A stretch of DNA of 44,253 nucleotides, taken from assembly GCA_048941015.1 (NCBI GenBank), contig JBHLNZ010000026.1, positions 1 to 44,253 on the forward strand, written 5' to 3'. Made by a program: the position numbers and the translations under genes. The first letter of the stretch is position 1, and the number at the start of each line of letters is the position of its first letter. The notes beneath the pieces were generated by a model, which did not search any database, was not told where the DNA came from, and was given only the letters and a program-made list of their open reading frames with translations. The stretch is from Promethearchaeota archaeon. GTDB taxonomy: Archaea; Asgardarchaeota; Lokiarchaeia; Sigyniarchaeales; SOKP01. Below, piece by piece: positions 28,716 to 39,504 of this stretch.

Positions 28716-29126
28716 TTAATCAATTTTAAGTGTTTTTTCAAGTTTTTGCTCAATTTCCTTTAATTCCCTTATCAGATTATTATATGTTTTTAATAGAAAT
28801 TGACCCCATTCATTTAAACGTATCCATCCTCCACCTCCCGGACCTCCTTTACCCGTTTCTACAGGAGAAAATCCAGTTCTTTCAGTGATTCTTTTTAAAA
28901 TACTCCACGCATATTTGTAAGAATAACCACATTCTTGTGCTGCTTTTGTTAAAGAGTGATGACCTTCTTTATTTGGTTTTTCGATATTTTCTAACAATTT
29001 AGCCCAACCAGAACCGAGGATATTCTTGTTTTTTTCATTTTCAAATTCTAGCCAGCATTTAATTCCAAAACTTATTTTACTTTTTAACCGATCTAGCTTA
29101 AATTTTGAAATAGGGTTTTGATCCAT
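28716..29126 (-). CDS. ModE-like winged-helix regulator (N-terminal domain only)
   Basis: SLTKAAQECGYSYKYAW, VETGKGGPGGGG..LNEWG. Confidence 0.82.
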   Translation of the reverse strand: MDQNPISKFKLDRLKSKISFGIKCWLEFENEKNKNILGSGWAKLLENIEKPNKEGHHSLTKAAQECGYSYKYAWSILKRITERTGFSPVETGKGGPGGGGWIRLNEWGQFLLKTYNNLIRELKEIEQKLEKTLKID

Positions 29127-29232
29127 AATAGATATTTAATTTAATTGAATTTATTTATTTTTTATATTTGTGAAGGAAAAAACATTAAAGTAATAGCTTT
29201 TTAATTTTTGTAATAATTTTGGAATTATAATT

Positions 29233-29985
29233 ATGTTTTTCTCAAGCGGAAGTAAGACTATTAAAAAAGGGAAAGAAGTAATTACGAATCTATATTACTT
29301 CAGCGAAAATGCTATGCTAGATTGCAATCAATATGTCATTTTAGATAAAGATTCTGGAGATTTAATACTTTTTGATGCTGGTAATGGGATATCATTAACA
29401 GGTTTAATTGGTGGATTAAAGGAATTAAATCTTGAATATCAAAATATTATAAAAGTCTTTCTTACACATGAACATGTGGATCATGTACTTGGTTTGTATC
29501 CACTAATGAAATTAATGAAAGATAAACCCCCAGAGATCTTTGCTTATGGTGAAGCTGCTTCGATTCTCAATAGTGGAGACATATCAAAAATATTTCCTGG
29601 TAATCTTGGAATTAATCCGAATATGTTTGGAGTGGAAATTATACCGTTAACCATAATTGATTTAAAACAATTGAAATCAGTTAAAATCAGTTCAGAGTTT
29701 AATTTTCAAATCTTTTATACTCCAGGCCATTCTCTTGGTTCAATCTCATTTTATGAACCTAATAAAAAAATTCTTATCCCAGGAGATTTAGTATTCACAG
29801 GAGGAAGTTTTGGACGCTACGACTTTCCAGGTGGGTCTTTAAAAGTTCTAACAGATTCGATAAAGTTTGTAAATGATTTAGATGTGAATTATTTACTTCC
29901 AGGACACATGGGAATTAGTAGTGATGGTAATCAACAAATAGCGCTTTCCTATAAGTTTGTTCAATCAATAAGAAACTTCTTTTAA
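29233..29985 (+). CDS. MBL-fold metallohydrolase (glyoxalase II-like)
   Basis: THEHVDH, TPGHS, GDLVF, GRYDFPGG, PGH. Confidence 0.9.
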   Translation: MFFSSGSKTIKKGKEVITNLYYFSENAMLDCNQYVILDKDSGDLILFDAGNGISLTGLIGGLKELNLEYQNIIKVFLTHEHVDHVLGLYPLMKLMKDKPPEIFAYGEAASILNSGDISKIFPGNLGINPNMFGVEIIPLTIIDLKQLKSVKISSEFNFQIFYTPGHSLGSISFYEPNKKILIPGDLVFTGGSFGRYDFPGGSLKVLTDSIKFVNDLDVNYLLPGHMGISSDGNQQIALSYKFVQSIRNFF

Positions 29986-30142
29986 TGGAGTATTTATATT
30001 ATAAAAGGTATAAATTTAATTTTTTTAAAGAAGTAAACTTCACATATTATTTGATGTATAAGAAGGTTTTTTAAAGAGAGTTTCTATATATATTTTTAAA
30101 AGCTCTTTATAATAAAAACTAAGTTATTAACAAATTATTGAT

Positions 30143-30814
30143 GTGAAAAAAATGTCAAAACCTAATAAACCTGTTACTAAAATTATATTAAGAAGTTATC
30201 CTAAGATTATTTTCTTTTGGCCTCTACTTATAGTATCATTTATTCTTTGGTTATTGCAATTACTGGTTGCTGATCCTGTGGCGTGGTATGGTAATTTCTG
30301 GCTTATCGTATTTTTTGTAAATCTTTTTATTACTGCCTTCGACTTCTCGTCAACTAAATTCTTTGTTCTAGTTCTTGTAGTCGTTGTTGTGATTTTATTG
30401 TTGTTCTTTCTAGTAATACCTAATGTAGGTCCAATTGCCCTTCCTAGTGGATTTAATCCAGGATTATCTGCTGAATTTTACTTAATAATGACTCTCGTTT
30501 TAGGATTAATTTTATTACTTGTGCTAATTAGTGCTCGATTTGACTATTGGAAGATTGAGAGAAATGAAATTTATCATAAAAACGGAATTTTTTCATCTGC
30601 CGAACGAATTCCTACAAAAAGTCTTCGCATTAAAAAAGAAATCCCTGATGTGTTCGAATTCTTTCTATTAAGAGCTGGAAGAATCACATTATTGCCAGGA
30701 CATGGAGATGTAATACCACTAAATACAGTTCTTAATATCAATAAAAAGCAGGAACAAATTGATTGGTTACTCAGCTATGTTAGTGTTGAACCTGATGAAG
30801 TAGATCACGTTTAA
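30143..30814 (+). CDS. Membrane protein, about 4 TM plus C-terminal PH-like beta domain
   Basis: Hydrophobic N-terminal half; DYWKIERNEIYHKNG..EIPDVFE..GRITL. Confidence 0.65.
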   Translation: MKKMSKPNKPVTKIILRSYPKIIFFWPLLIVSFILWLLQLLVADPVAWYGNFWLIVFFVNLFITAFDFSSTKFFVLVLVVVVVILLLFFLVIPNVGPIALPSGFNPGLSAEFYLIMTLVLGLILLLVLISARFDYWKIERNEIYHKNGIFSSAERIPTKSLRIKKEIPDVFEFFLLRAGRITLLPGHGDVIPLNTVLNINKKQEQIDWLLSYVSVEPDEVDHV

Positions 30815-30846
30815 GAATCAAATTTTTAAAAAAAAAGTTAATTAAA

Positions 30847-30868
30847 TTTTCTTTTTTTTGTTTTTTTA
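30847..30868 (+). terminator. Oligo-T tract, candidate archaeal terminator
   Basis: TTTTCTTTTTTTTGTTTTTTTT about 35 nt after the 30814 stop. Confidence 0.4.
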
Positions 30869-30946
30869 ATTTAAAAATAAATATCATAAAATTAACTCTT
30901 CAATTTGATCAGATTTAAGAATTAGCTTATATTCTTACTTATATTT

Positions 30947-31666
30947 ATGTCAGATCTTCCTATATTACTATTCGATTTTGATGGTGTTGTCATTACTCAA
31001 AAAGCGCTTGAATTTACTGCTTTAAAACTAATTAGGAAGAAATTCTATAAATGGAAAAATTTAAGAAATATGCGACTTATTGATTTTGCCAGATTATTTG
31101 AAGAGTCTGATTCCAAGAATAGGATTAAAGCGTTAATTAGGGTTTATAAAGCCTATAAGAAATATATCCCAAGTAGATGGCGAAGGATTTTATTCTTTTT
31201 TAAGTTTAGAAGAACATATCCGAAATATGAGATTTATGAGACATTAAAACCGAATTTTGAGAATATTTTAACAAAATTTAAGCAATCTAATTTTCCTTTA
31301 GGGATTGTCTCAAATACTAGTCGAAAGCGTTTAAATTTTTTTAGAGGGAAGTTGGGATTAGATGACTTTTTTTCGGTCTTTATTTCTCGAGATGATACTC
31401 CACATAGAAAACCTAGTCCAGTCCCTATTTTTTCAGCGCTATTATATCTCAAGAAAAATTTAAATTTACAAATAAACAAAAAAAATGTCTATTTTGTAGG
31501 TGACCTTCCAGCAGATATTCATTCTGCCAACAATGCCGGAATTAAAAGCATTGCTTTACTTTCAGGTCATGGAAAGAAAACAGATTTGTTAAGAGCTAAT
31601 CCATCCTTTCTTATTGAAAACATAGAAGATATTTTAGAAATAGAATCATTGAAAAAATTCTTATAA
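30947..31666 (+). CDS. HAD-family hydrolase (phosphoglycolate phosphatase-like)
   Basis: FDFDG, VSN, KPSP, VGDLPAD. Confidence 0.9.
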   Translation: MSDLPILLFDFDGVVITQKALEFTALKLIRKKFYKWKNLRNMRLIDFARLFEESDSKNRIKALIRVYKAYKKYIPSRWRRILFFFKFRRTYPKYEIYETLKPNFENILTKFKQSNFPLGIVSNTSRKRLNFFRGKLGLDDFFSVFISRDDTPHRKPSPVPIFSALLYLKKNLNLQINKKNVYFVGDLPADIHSANNAGIKSIALLSGHGKKTDLLRANPSFLIENIEDILEIESLKKFL

Positions 31667-31691
31667 AATTAACTATTATTCTATTTTAGCT

Positions 31692-34427
31692 ATGTTCAAC
31701 TTAGATAATTTCAAAAATAATTCAATTCTTCAGTCCATTGTTGAAAAATTAGATAGAAGTTTGATGAAAAATAAAGTAGGAAAAATTTCTAAAATAATTG
31801 AAGAATTAATAGAATTATTAGATTTCGAAGAATACGTAATATCAGTAACCTATATATTGAGTATATTAGCTGAAAACAATGTTAATTATATTCCTGATGA
31901 AATTATTAGTAAATTAGAGACACATTTAGATTCTGATAATAATAAAGTAAAAACTAATTGCCTCTTAATCCTAGGATTTGCTATGTTGTCAAACCAGGAT
32001 TATATTGAGAAATATTTTAAAACATTTATTGAGTTAATCAACGATCCCAATAGTGATATCAAAGATAATGTCTTCTATTTCTTACATGAAATAGTTAGTA
32101 AAAATCATACTCTAATAATTCCGTACAAGGATCTTGTTTTAGAGGCATTATATAAGGAAACTAAAGAAGAGAATCTTCTCTCATTATTGAATTTTTTCGA
32201 ATGGTTTGAAAATTATAATTTTAAAGATTTATATCAATTTAGAGAATTTTTGAAAGGATTTCTCCTGAAAATTAAGAATCAAACTAAAAGTCCACTCTAT
32301 TTAAAATTAGTAAATATAATAAAAATATTATTTCCTTCATTTAAAGAACTTGAATTTGATGAGATTGACCCAAAAGAGCTATCAAAACGTCTAGAAAATC
32401 AAGTATTAATAAAAAAATACGATTTTACTGAAATTTCTAAAAAAGAAAAAATTAAACTCAAAGATTATATAAAAAAATTGAAACAATCAATTCTCGTGGA
32501 TAAAGAAATTTATTTTTATACAAGAGTTGACGATAAAACCACGACATATTTATATGAAGTAGAAAAAGAGAAACTCTTAAATTTTTTTAATAAAAATCAG
32601 AAGATTAACATAACTGAAATCATGGATATTATTCCTACTTTTAAGGATAGTATTGAGTTAAGTGCTTTTTTAAAAACACTAATAAAATTAAGTTATATTA
32701 AAGGCTATTTTTCTGAATTAGGCTATTATTATCCTTATAACTATCTTAAATCTGAATTTCTAGAAGAACTTCAAAATAAAGGAATTATTAATTTAAGAAA
32801 ATTCGATTATATTCCCCTCGAAATAATCAACGAGATAATAAATGATATTTCTAATTCTACTAAAGAAGATTTACTATTAACAAAAAGTGAAAATACTTAT
32901 TATTCATTGAAAAAAATTCAAAAACAAATTAATAGTGAAGCAGCAAAGAGAAGTTCTATAGATTTAAAACTATTCCGAGAACGATTACTAGATCGAGACT
33001 TTATAAAATTAATTAAGAATTTACCAAAAGAATATTTAACAAATTATCACAAAGGAACTCAATGGATTACGAATTTGGGAATTCAAAACGTGAAAAAAGA
33101 GATTGAAAACTCTAAAATTATTGGATTTTATTCAATATCAGAAATGTCAAAAAAACTTAAGATTTCAAAAATATTATTAGTTGAAATTTTGGAGGACTAT
33201 ATTGATCATAGGAGTGGCGTTTTTAATAGAGAAAAGGAGATATTTTATTATTCAAAATTTTTAAATGCTAAAATTGATGAGATCAATTTAATTCCTGAAA
33301 TAGAAAAGAGGAATGGACAAATTAAACTATTGGCTGAAGAATTAGATATAGATTCATATCATATATTAAGTAAAATTGATGAGAATTTAAAGAAAATAGG
33401 AGAAGAGATTATGCGAGAAGATCAAATTAATATCAATGATTATTTGGAAAAAACTGGAATGACAACTCCAGCTTTTTTAGAATTTATTACCGAGTTGGGT
33501 TTAAATTATTTCAAAAAAGGTAGCTTTTTAATATTTAATGAATCTAAAATAAATGATGCCAAAAGAGAGATAAAGCAGATGTTGATTGAGAAGGCTAACT
33601 CAGAGAATTACTTAGAATTAGGAGATTTAGAAACAACATCTAATCTAATCAAAGTTCTTCTAAAAGAATTACAAGATGAAGAGAAAATTAAAGGAATATT
33701 CCACTATGATGATGATGGAAAGATTAAATTTTATACCAAAAAAGGTATTGAAAATTTAATGTTAGATGATAGTCATCTTTTTTCTTTTTATGATTTCTTC
33801 TATGGTAAAGAATTAAATTCAGGTGAAATTGAAATATTACTTTCAATTTTTAAAGAACTTGTAGCTAAGAATAGATTAAAAGGTACGTTCGATGCAGAAA
33901 CTCTTACTTTTTCAAGTCACGAAGTTTTGTTTGCCCAAGATTATAATTCGGTTCTAAATGAATTTGAAAAAATGGTTAATCGTTATAACCTTAGTTTTAA
34001 TATTGAATTTCAAAAAATAAAGAAGATCTTAACCAAAAAAGACGAGACTATCTTTCCTCAAGAGATAAAAATTATTCAGGAATTGATAGATAGAATAAAT
34101 GAAAAATATATTCGATGGCGAAATGAGTTAGAAGCTTTCATAAGAAAAGCAAATGTCCAATTGCTAAAAAGGCAAGGTTATTCTTTAAAGCGGTACAAAT
34201 CCATGCAATTTTCAGCAGATAATAGAGATGAAATAAAACTTTTTGAGAAAGATCCAAAAGTTATAGAATTATTAGATGAATTTAATTTATGGATTAAGAT
34301 GTTTAATGAACTTGAAATAAAATATGGTAATATAATTTTTTATCAAAAAAGATTAATAAGAAATCCAGATAGCGAAGAAGATCAAAATAAATTCAATGAA
34401 CTTATTAGACAATTAAAATTAAACTAA
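31692..34427 (+). CDS. HEAT-repeat N-terminus plus tandem winged-helix (PCI/UFL1-like) protein
   Basis: HEAT-like LDSDNNKVK, INDPNSDIKDN; repeated wing motifs IKGYF, RSGVF, IKGIF, LKGTFD; helical C-terminus. Confidence 0.55.
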   Translation: MFNLDNFKNNSILQSIVEKLDRSLMKNKVGKISKIIEELIELLDFEEYVISVTYILSILAENNVNYIPDEIISKLETHLDSDNNKVKTNCLLILGFAMLSNQDYIEKYFKTFIELINDPNSDIKDNVFYFLHEIVSKNHTLIIPYKDLVLEALYKETKEENLLSLLNFFEWFENYNFKDLYQFREFLKGFLLKIKNQTKSPLYLKLVNIIKILFPSFKELEFDEIDPKELSKRLENQVLIKKYDFTEISKKEKIKLKDYIKKLKQSILVDKEIYFYTRVDDKTTTYLYEVEKEKLLNFFNKNQKINITEIMDIIPTFKDSIELSAFLKTLIKLSYIKGYFSELGYYYPYNYLKSEFLEELQNKGIINLRKFDYIPLEIINEIINDISNSTKEDLLLTKSENTYYSLKKIQKQINSEAAKRSSIDLKLFRERLLDRDFIKLIKNLPKEYLTNYHKGTQWITNLGIQNVKKEIENSKIIGFYSISEMSKKLKISKILLVEILEDYIDHRSGVFNREKEIFYYSKFLNAKIDEINLIPEIEKRNGQIKLLAEELDIDSYHILSKIDENLKKIGEEIMREDQININDYLEKTGMTTPAFLEFITELGLNYFKKGSFLIFNESKINDAKREIKQMLIEKANSENYLELGDLETTSNLIKVLLKELQDEEKIKGIFHYDDDGKIKFYTKKGIENLMLDDSHLFSFYDFFYGKELNSGEIEILLSIFKELVAKNRLKGTFDAETLTFSSHEVLFAQDYNSVLNEFEKMVNRYNLSFNIEFQKIKKILTKKDETIFPQEIKIIQELIDRINEKYIRWRNELEAFIRKANVQLLKRQGYSLKRYKSMQFSADNRDEIKLFEKDPKVIELLDEFNLWIKMFNELEIKYGNIIFYQKRLIRNPDSEEDQNKFNELIRQLKLN

Positions 34428-34477
34428 GATTATTCGTATTTCAGGTTTAAATTCTATTTTTAAACTGATGGTTTTAT

Positions 34478-34765
34478 TTATTTTGTCCTATCTTTTTGAA
34501 TTTCAGAGAGGATTTTATCTATATCAATTTTCTCGTTCGATTTTATCTTGTACGTTTTAGGAGAATAGGTCCCATTTATCTCCAAAATTCCTTCTTTTTC
34601 AAGATAGTCTAATGATCTCCAAATAAAATTAATCTTAGAACGATTTGAAGATTTTATATTATTACATCTCCTAATTCTTTTAGTATTTACAACAGCAACA
34701 TGATTATCTATTAACTTGTTGATCGCTTGTAGTGTTTCACGCAAATTTTTTAAGAAAAAGTCCAT
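34478..34765 (-). CDS. Small basic winged-helix protein
   Basis: IWRSLDYLEKEGILE...KTYKI; SD-like GAGAGGGA upstream. Confidence 0.65.
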   Translation of the reverse strand: MDFFLKNLRETLQAINKLIDNHVAVVNTKRIRRCNNIKSSNRSKINFIWRSLDYLEKEGILEINGTYSPKTYKIKSNEKIDIDKILSEIQKDRTK

Positions 34766-34992
34766 AGATCGACCAAGTCCCTCTTTATAAAATTATTAAG
34801 TATTAAAGAAGATGTGTATTAAAAGTATATTTAGGAATTTATAAACTTTTTTTATGCTAAAAACAAATCACTCAATTATAGGAGCATATTAATTAAGTAA
34901 GCAATTTTAATAAAATCATTAATAATTGATTTAGATTTTATAACATTAAAGCATATAGCGTATATGAAATAGTCATTATACTATTTTATATT

Positions 34993-36594
34993 TCAATGTC
35001 TGAATACTCGCTTACCACAGAATATTAGAGCACAATTGAGTTCATTTGCCCTTTTAATGACTAGCTCATCTCTAATTGATCCACCTGGATTTATAATAGC
35101 TTTGGCACCAAACTTAACCGCTTCTTCTAGTCCATCTGGAAAAGGGAAAAAAGAGTCTGTTCCCATAAATGAATTTTTCAATTCATCTTTATGCCCAAAT
35201 TCAATAGCTTTTTGACCAGCAAGTCTTACTACATGTATCCTACTCTGTTGACCTGCTCCGATTCCAATTGTATAAATTCCATTATTATATCTTTGAGCAA
35301 AACAAGCAGAATTAGATTTTGCCCATTTTGATACTTTATACGCAAAAATCAATGATTCTTTTTCAATATCGTTTACCTTCTTTTCGCTTACTACGTTCCA
35401 TTCTTTAATAATAGGTTTACAATCATAATCCTGAACTAATATTCCACCTAAAACCCCTCTAATCTCAGAGTTATTACAAATCTCTTCTCTTTTATCAAAA
35501 AGATTTCCATATTCGAGTAAAATCATATTAGGCTTTTGCTTTAATATTTCAAGTGCTTGAATTTCGAATGAAGGAGCTAATAATACTTCTATAAAGATAT
35601 TTTCTATATTTACGATAAAGTCTGCAACTTGAGCATTTAACTTCTTATTTAATCCCCATATCCCACCAAATGCTGACATAGGATCTGTACTAAAAGCCTT
35701 TTTTATAGAATCTAATTGATTAATTTTATCAATTGCGACACCATTAGGATTGGTATGTTTAATTATTGTTGTAACATAATGTTCTTTACCAAAATCTAAA
35801 AGCATTCTTAAGCAGGAATCAATATCCAAATAATTATTGAATGAAATTTGTTTTCCCCCTAATTGAGTTAAATTCTGCAGACCATAACTAATAGAAGAAT
35901 CTTTATAATAGGCTGCTTCTTGATCCCAATTTTCACCATATCTAGTTTGAGCGACTTTTTCATATGATTTTATTAATCGATCACTAAATTTCATAGGATT
36001 ATAATAATTTTCAAGAAATTGAGCGATAATCGAATTATATTCTGCCATAATCGCAAAAACATCATAGGCTAAAGAGATTCGCATCTTTTTTGTTATATAT
36101 CCATCATTTTCTCTCATTTCATCTAAAATTTGATTATAATATTTTGAATGAGGTACGACGACAACATCCTTAAAATTTTTTGCTGCGGCACGGATCATTG
36201 TGGGTCCTCCGATATCAATCATTTCTAAGGCATCATCTAAATTGATATCTGGTTTTGAAATAGCCTCTTTAAAATTGTATAAATTACATATCACCATATC
36301 TATAGGCTCTATATCATATTTTTTCGCATCATCTTCATCTTTATCTATATTTCTTCGATATAATATTCCTCCCTCAATTTTTGGGTGGATAGTTTTAACT
36401 CGACCGTTAAACATCTCTGGAAATTGTGTATAATCAGAGATTTTTTGATATGGGATTCCATATTCTTCTAATAAGGCTCCTGTGCCACCAGTTGATAAGA
36501 TTTTAACTTTAAACTCATTTACTAAACCTTTAACAAATTCTACTATTCCTGTTTTATCAAAAACGCTAACTATAGCTCGTTCAATTTTTTTCAT
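34993..36594 (-). CDS. purH: Bifunctional AICAR transformylase/IMP cyclohydrolase
   Basis: SVFDKTG, STGGT, GRVKTIHP, IDIGGPTMIRAAAKN, RYGEN, KHTNPNG, GAGQQSR, DSFFPFPD, RVFRH. Confidence 0.96.
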   Translation of the reverse strand: MKKIERAIVSVFDKTGIVEFVKGLVNEFKVKILSTGGTGALLEEYGIPYQKISDYTQFPEMFNGRVKTIHPKIEGGILYRRNIDKDEDDAKKYDIEPIDMVICNLYNFKEAISKPDINLDDALEMIDIGGPTMIRAAAKNFKDVVVVPHSKYYNQILDEMRENDGYITKKMRISLAYDVFAIMAEYNSIIAQFLENYYNPMKFSDRLIKSYEKVAQTRYGENWDQEAAYYKDSSISYGLQNLTQLGGKQISFNNYLDIDSCLRMLLDFGKEHYVTTIIKHTNPNGVAIDKINQLDSIKKAFSTDPMSAFGGIWGLNKKLNAQVADFIVNIENIFIEVLLAPSFEIQALEILKQKPNMILLEYGNLFDKREEICNNSEIRGVLGGILVQDYDCKPIIKEWNVVSEKKVNDIEKESLIFAYKVSKWAKSNSACFAQRYNNGIYTIGIGAGQQSRIHVVRLAGQKAIEFGHKDELKNSFMGTDSFFPFPDGLEEAVKFGAKAIINPGGSIRDELVIKRANELNCALIFCGKRVFRH

Positions 36595-36732
36595 ATGATT
36601 TCATTCTTAAATACTATTTATTGGTAGAAATACTACTACTTTAAGTAAGATTTGCTATTGTTATAATGTATATAATAGATCCTTAATAATCTATTTTACT
36701 AAACAAATCAGTTAAATTATTAAACTCAACGT

Positions 36733-38208
36733 TTAAAATTTGCCAATTAAATCATGAGTTCTCGTTTCTCTATGACCAACCGTCGTCACCACTCCAATTT
36801 TTGCCTTTTTCATTTCTTTAATACTTTTTGCTCCAGCATAAACCATGCCATTAAGAAGTCCTTCTTTTAATGATAATAAAACTCCATCTAAATCTCCAAC
36901 GAAAGGTACATAATCAGTGACTCCTTCAGGTAACATCTTTGAACCTTCTATATATCTATCCGAAATATATCCTGCAGTACGAGCTTCTTTACTTCCCATC
37001 CCTCTATAAACTTTTACTTTACGACCTTGAATAGTATCTACATAGCCAGGACTTTCGGAACAGCCTGCGAAAAAATGTCCAGACATTATCATATCAGCAC
37101 CTGCAGATATAGCTTTAGGAAGATCTCCTGGATTTTTAAAACCTCCATCTGCTATTAGATTAATCTTAGGATTATAATCAATTATCGCATCAGCAACTTG
37201 TGAAGTAGCAAAAATTGTTGGAGCTCCCACTCCTGTTTGTAATGAAGTAGTACAAATTGAGCCGGATCCCATTCCAACTTTTAAACCAATAAATTTCTCT
37301 TCGTCAAAATTGCATTTTGTAAGTAGATATTCTCCAGCTTCATATGTACCGATATTTCCTAATACAAAATCGGATTCAAGAAAGTCCATTAACTTTTTTG
37401 TAGCTTCAATATCAACTTTCTTATAAAAATCAGCAACATCAATGAAGAAAATGTCTACATACTTATCTATTTCTTTAAGAAATTTCTGATTCTCGTTTGA
37501 TGTGGGAAATTTTGGTGATATTGCTAATGCACATAATAAACGTCCATCTTCATCTATAGATGCTAAAGGGAATTCAGGCTTCAAATCTTTTTTAGTGATT
37601 AAGCCCATTAAATTACCATTTTCTATAATTGGTAGCTTTTCTATCCTGTGTTTATAAAGCATTTCTAAAGCTTCAGCCCTAGATACTCCTGGCTTAATTG
37701 AAATAACATTTTTAGTCATAAAATCTTTTACATTACCAACTCTAATGTCTTCTTCGTTATAAGGAATATCTCTTTTAGTAAAAATGCCACAAACTTTATT
37801 ATTGTCTTGAACCACCATTAAACCGCTTATTCCATATGTTTCCATAGCAAATTTTGCTTCCGATACTTTTGCATTTACATTAATAGTTGCTACCTCTTCA
37901 ATTACAAATGATCTAGCGAGTTTAACTTTACGGCACATTTCTAATTGTTTTTCATAAGAGCAATTCCGGTGTAAGACTCCTAAACCACCATGAAGACCCA
38001 TTTTAATTGCCATTAATTCTTCCGTAACCGTATCCATTGCTGATGACATTATCGGAAGATTAAATTTATAATTACCTAATTTTGATGAAATATCTACTTC
38101 TTCAGGTTCAAAATTAGTAAAACCCGGTTGAATTAATACATCATCAAATGTTGCTATAATCTCCTCATAATGTAATTTTTTTCGAAAGTAATCAGACATT
38201 AATCTCAC
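36733..38208 (-). CDS. guaB: IMP dehydrogenase with CBS pair
   Basis: TFDDVL, SSAMDTVTE, GMGSGSICTT, IADGG, YRGMGS, PEGV. Confidence 0.93.
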   Translation of the reverse strand: MRLMSDYFRKKLHYEEIIATFDDVLIQPGFTNFEPEEVDISSKLGNYKFNLPIMSSAMDTVTEELMAIKMGLHGGLGVLHRNCSYEKQLEMCRKVKLARSFVIEEVATINVNAKVSEAKFAMETYGISGLMVVQDNNKVCGIFTKRDIPYNEEDIRVGNVKDFMTKNVISIKPGVSRAEALEMLYKHRIEKLPIIENGNLMGLITKKDLKPEFPLASIDEDGRLLCALAISPKFPTSNENQKFLKEIDKYVDIFFIDVADFYKKVDIEATKKLMDFLESDFVLGNIGTYEAGEYLLTKCNFDEEKFIGLKVGMGSGSICTTSLQTGVGAPTIFATSQVADAIIDYNPKINLIADGGFKNPGDLPKAISAGADMIMSGHFFAGCSESPGYVDTIQGRKVKVYRGMGSKEARTAGYISDRYIEGSKMLPEGVTDYVPFVGDLDGVLLSLKEGLLNGMVYAGAKSIKEMKKAKIGVVTTVGHRETRTHDLIGKF

Positions 38209-38403
38209 TCCAAATATATAGATTTACATCAACAATAGAAAAGTGTTGTATATTAATTTTATTATTGAAATTTAAATATTTATTATAAAGAAGATACTAG
38301 TTATAAAAGTTTATCAATTTAGTATATGAAATCTATATATTTTTCATATTCAATTTTATGGATAAAATAAATAGAATTGAAGTATCTTTCCTTTTTTCAA
38401 AAA

Positions 38404-39312
38404 TTACATACGAGTTAAATTTTTCCTAGGCATATTCTGAATTTTGGGGTCATTAATATACGAATTTAAAGTTTTTATGAAATATTCTCTATCTTCTTTT
38501 ATATTATTTGATTCTAATGAACAATAGTTAGAAATATGGTCATTATATACTGCGGAATTTACATTTGGCCCTAATTTTAAAATGATATCTCTTTCTTCTT
38601 TTAAACAATCAACTGGAGATAATAAAGTGAATTCACCAGTATTCCATTCATCCCATAATGGTGTATTCGGCAATATATTTAGTGTTCTAAATCTAAAGAT
38701 AGTAGGATTAATCTCTGTTAGAGCTCTAGCAGTTTCTCTCACATGTTCTTCAGAAAATTTCTTTCCACCCAAACCAAGGAGGATATAAAGACTTAACTTA
38801 ATGCCTGCTTTAAGAATTTTTCTCCCTGCTTTTATCATAGATTCAGCGTTAGTTCCTTTTTTCATTAACCTTAATATTTTACTACTTCCGCTTTCTAAAC
38901 CCATATAGACAATATCTAATCCAGCATCAGCCAAATTTTTAAGCTCTGCATCAGATTTTCTCAAAATATCCAGAGATTTCGCATAAGAGCTTATGCGCGG
39001 GACATTCTTAAGTTTTATTCTAACATATTTAATAATTTTTTCGAGATATTCTGCTGGAGCAGATGTTGGATTGCCTCCAGCGAGAAATACTGGAAAACCA
39101 TGATAATTCCTTTCAGCATAGCCATCAATATCATTCAATACACTTTCTAAAGGTCTGATTTCATAATCTTGAATATATCCATAAATACCACGATAAGTTC
39201 CACAGAATTTACACTTATTCCAACTACATCCTCCTGTAACAGGAATCAAAACACTATACGCCTCAACGGGAGGTCTAATAACAATCTGGCTAGCAGGTAT
39301 TTTTATTCCCAT
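38404..39312 (-). CDS. Radical SAM protein
   Basis: IRPPVEA, GCSWNKCKFC, YMGLESG, DHISN. Confidence 0.88.
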   Translation of the reverse strand: MGIKIPASQIVIRPPVEAYSVLIPVTGGCSWNKCKFCGTYRGIYGYIQDYEIRPLESVLNDIDGYAERNYHGFPVFLAGGNPTSAPAEYLEKIIKYVRIKLKNVPRISSYAKSLDILRKSDAELKNLADAGLDIVYMGLESGSSKILRLMKKGTNAESMIKAGRKILKAGIKLSLYILLGLGGKKFSEEHVRETARALTEINPTIFRFRTLNILPNTPLWDEWNTGEFTLLSPVDCLKEERDIILKLGPNVNSAVYNDHISNYCSLESNNIKEDREYFIKTLNSYINDPKIQNMPRKNLTRM

Positions 39313-39504
39313 AAAAATTCATAATTAACTTATCTTTTTTAATTCAATTAGAAATATTTAACCAATTTTATCTAAGAAATAATAAAATTTAGATGTTCTC
39401 CTTATAATTTTATTTAATTTTCAATAATTTTTTTTTAAAAGTATAATTTAATTTCATACTAAATTATCTTAATTTTAATTAAATAAAATGAAATTGTATT
39501 AGAA

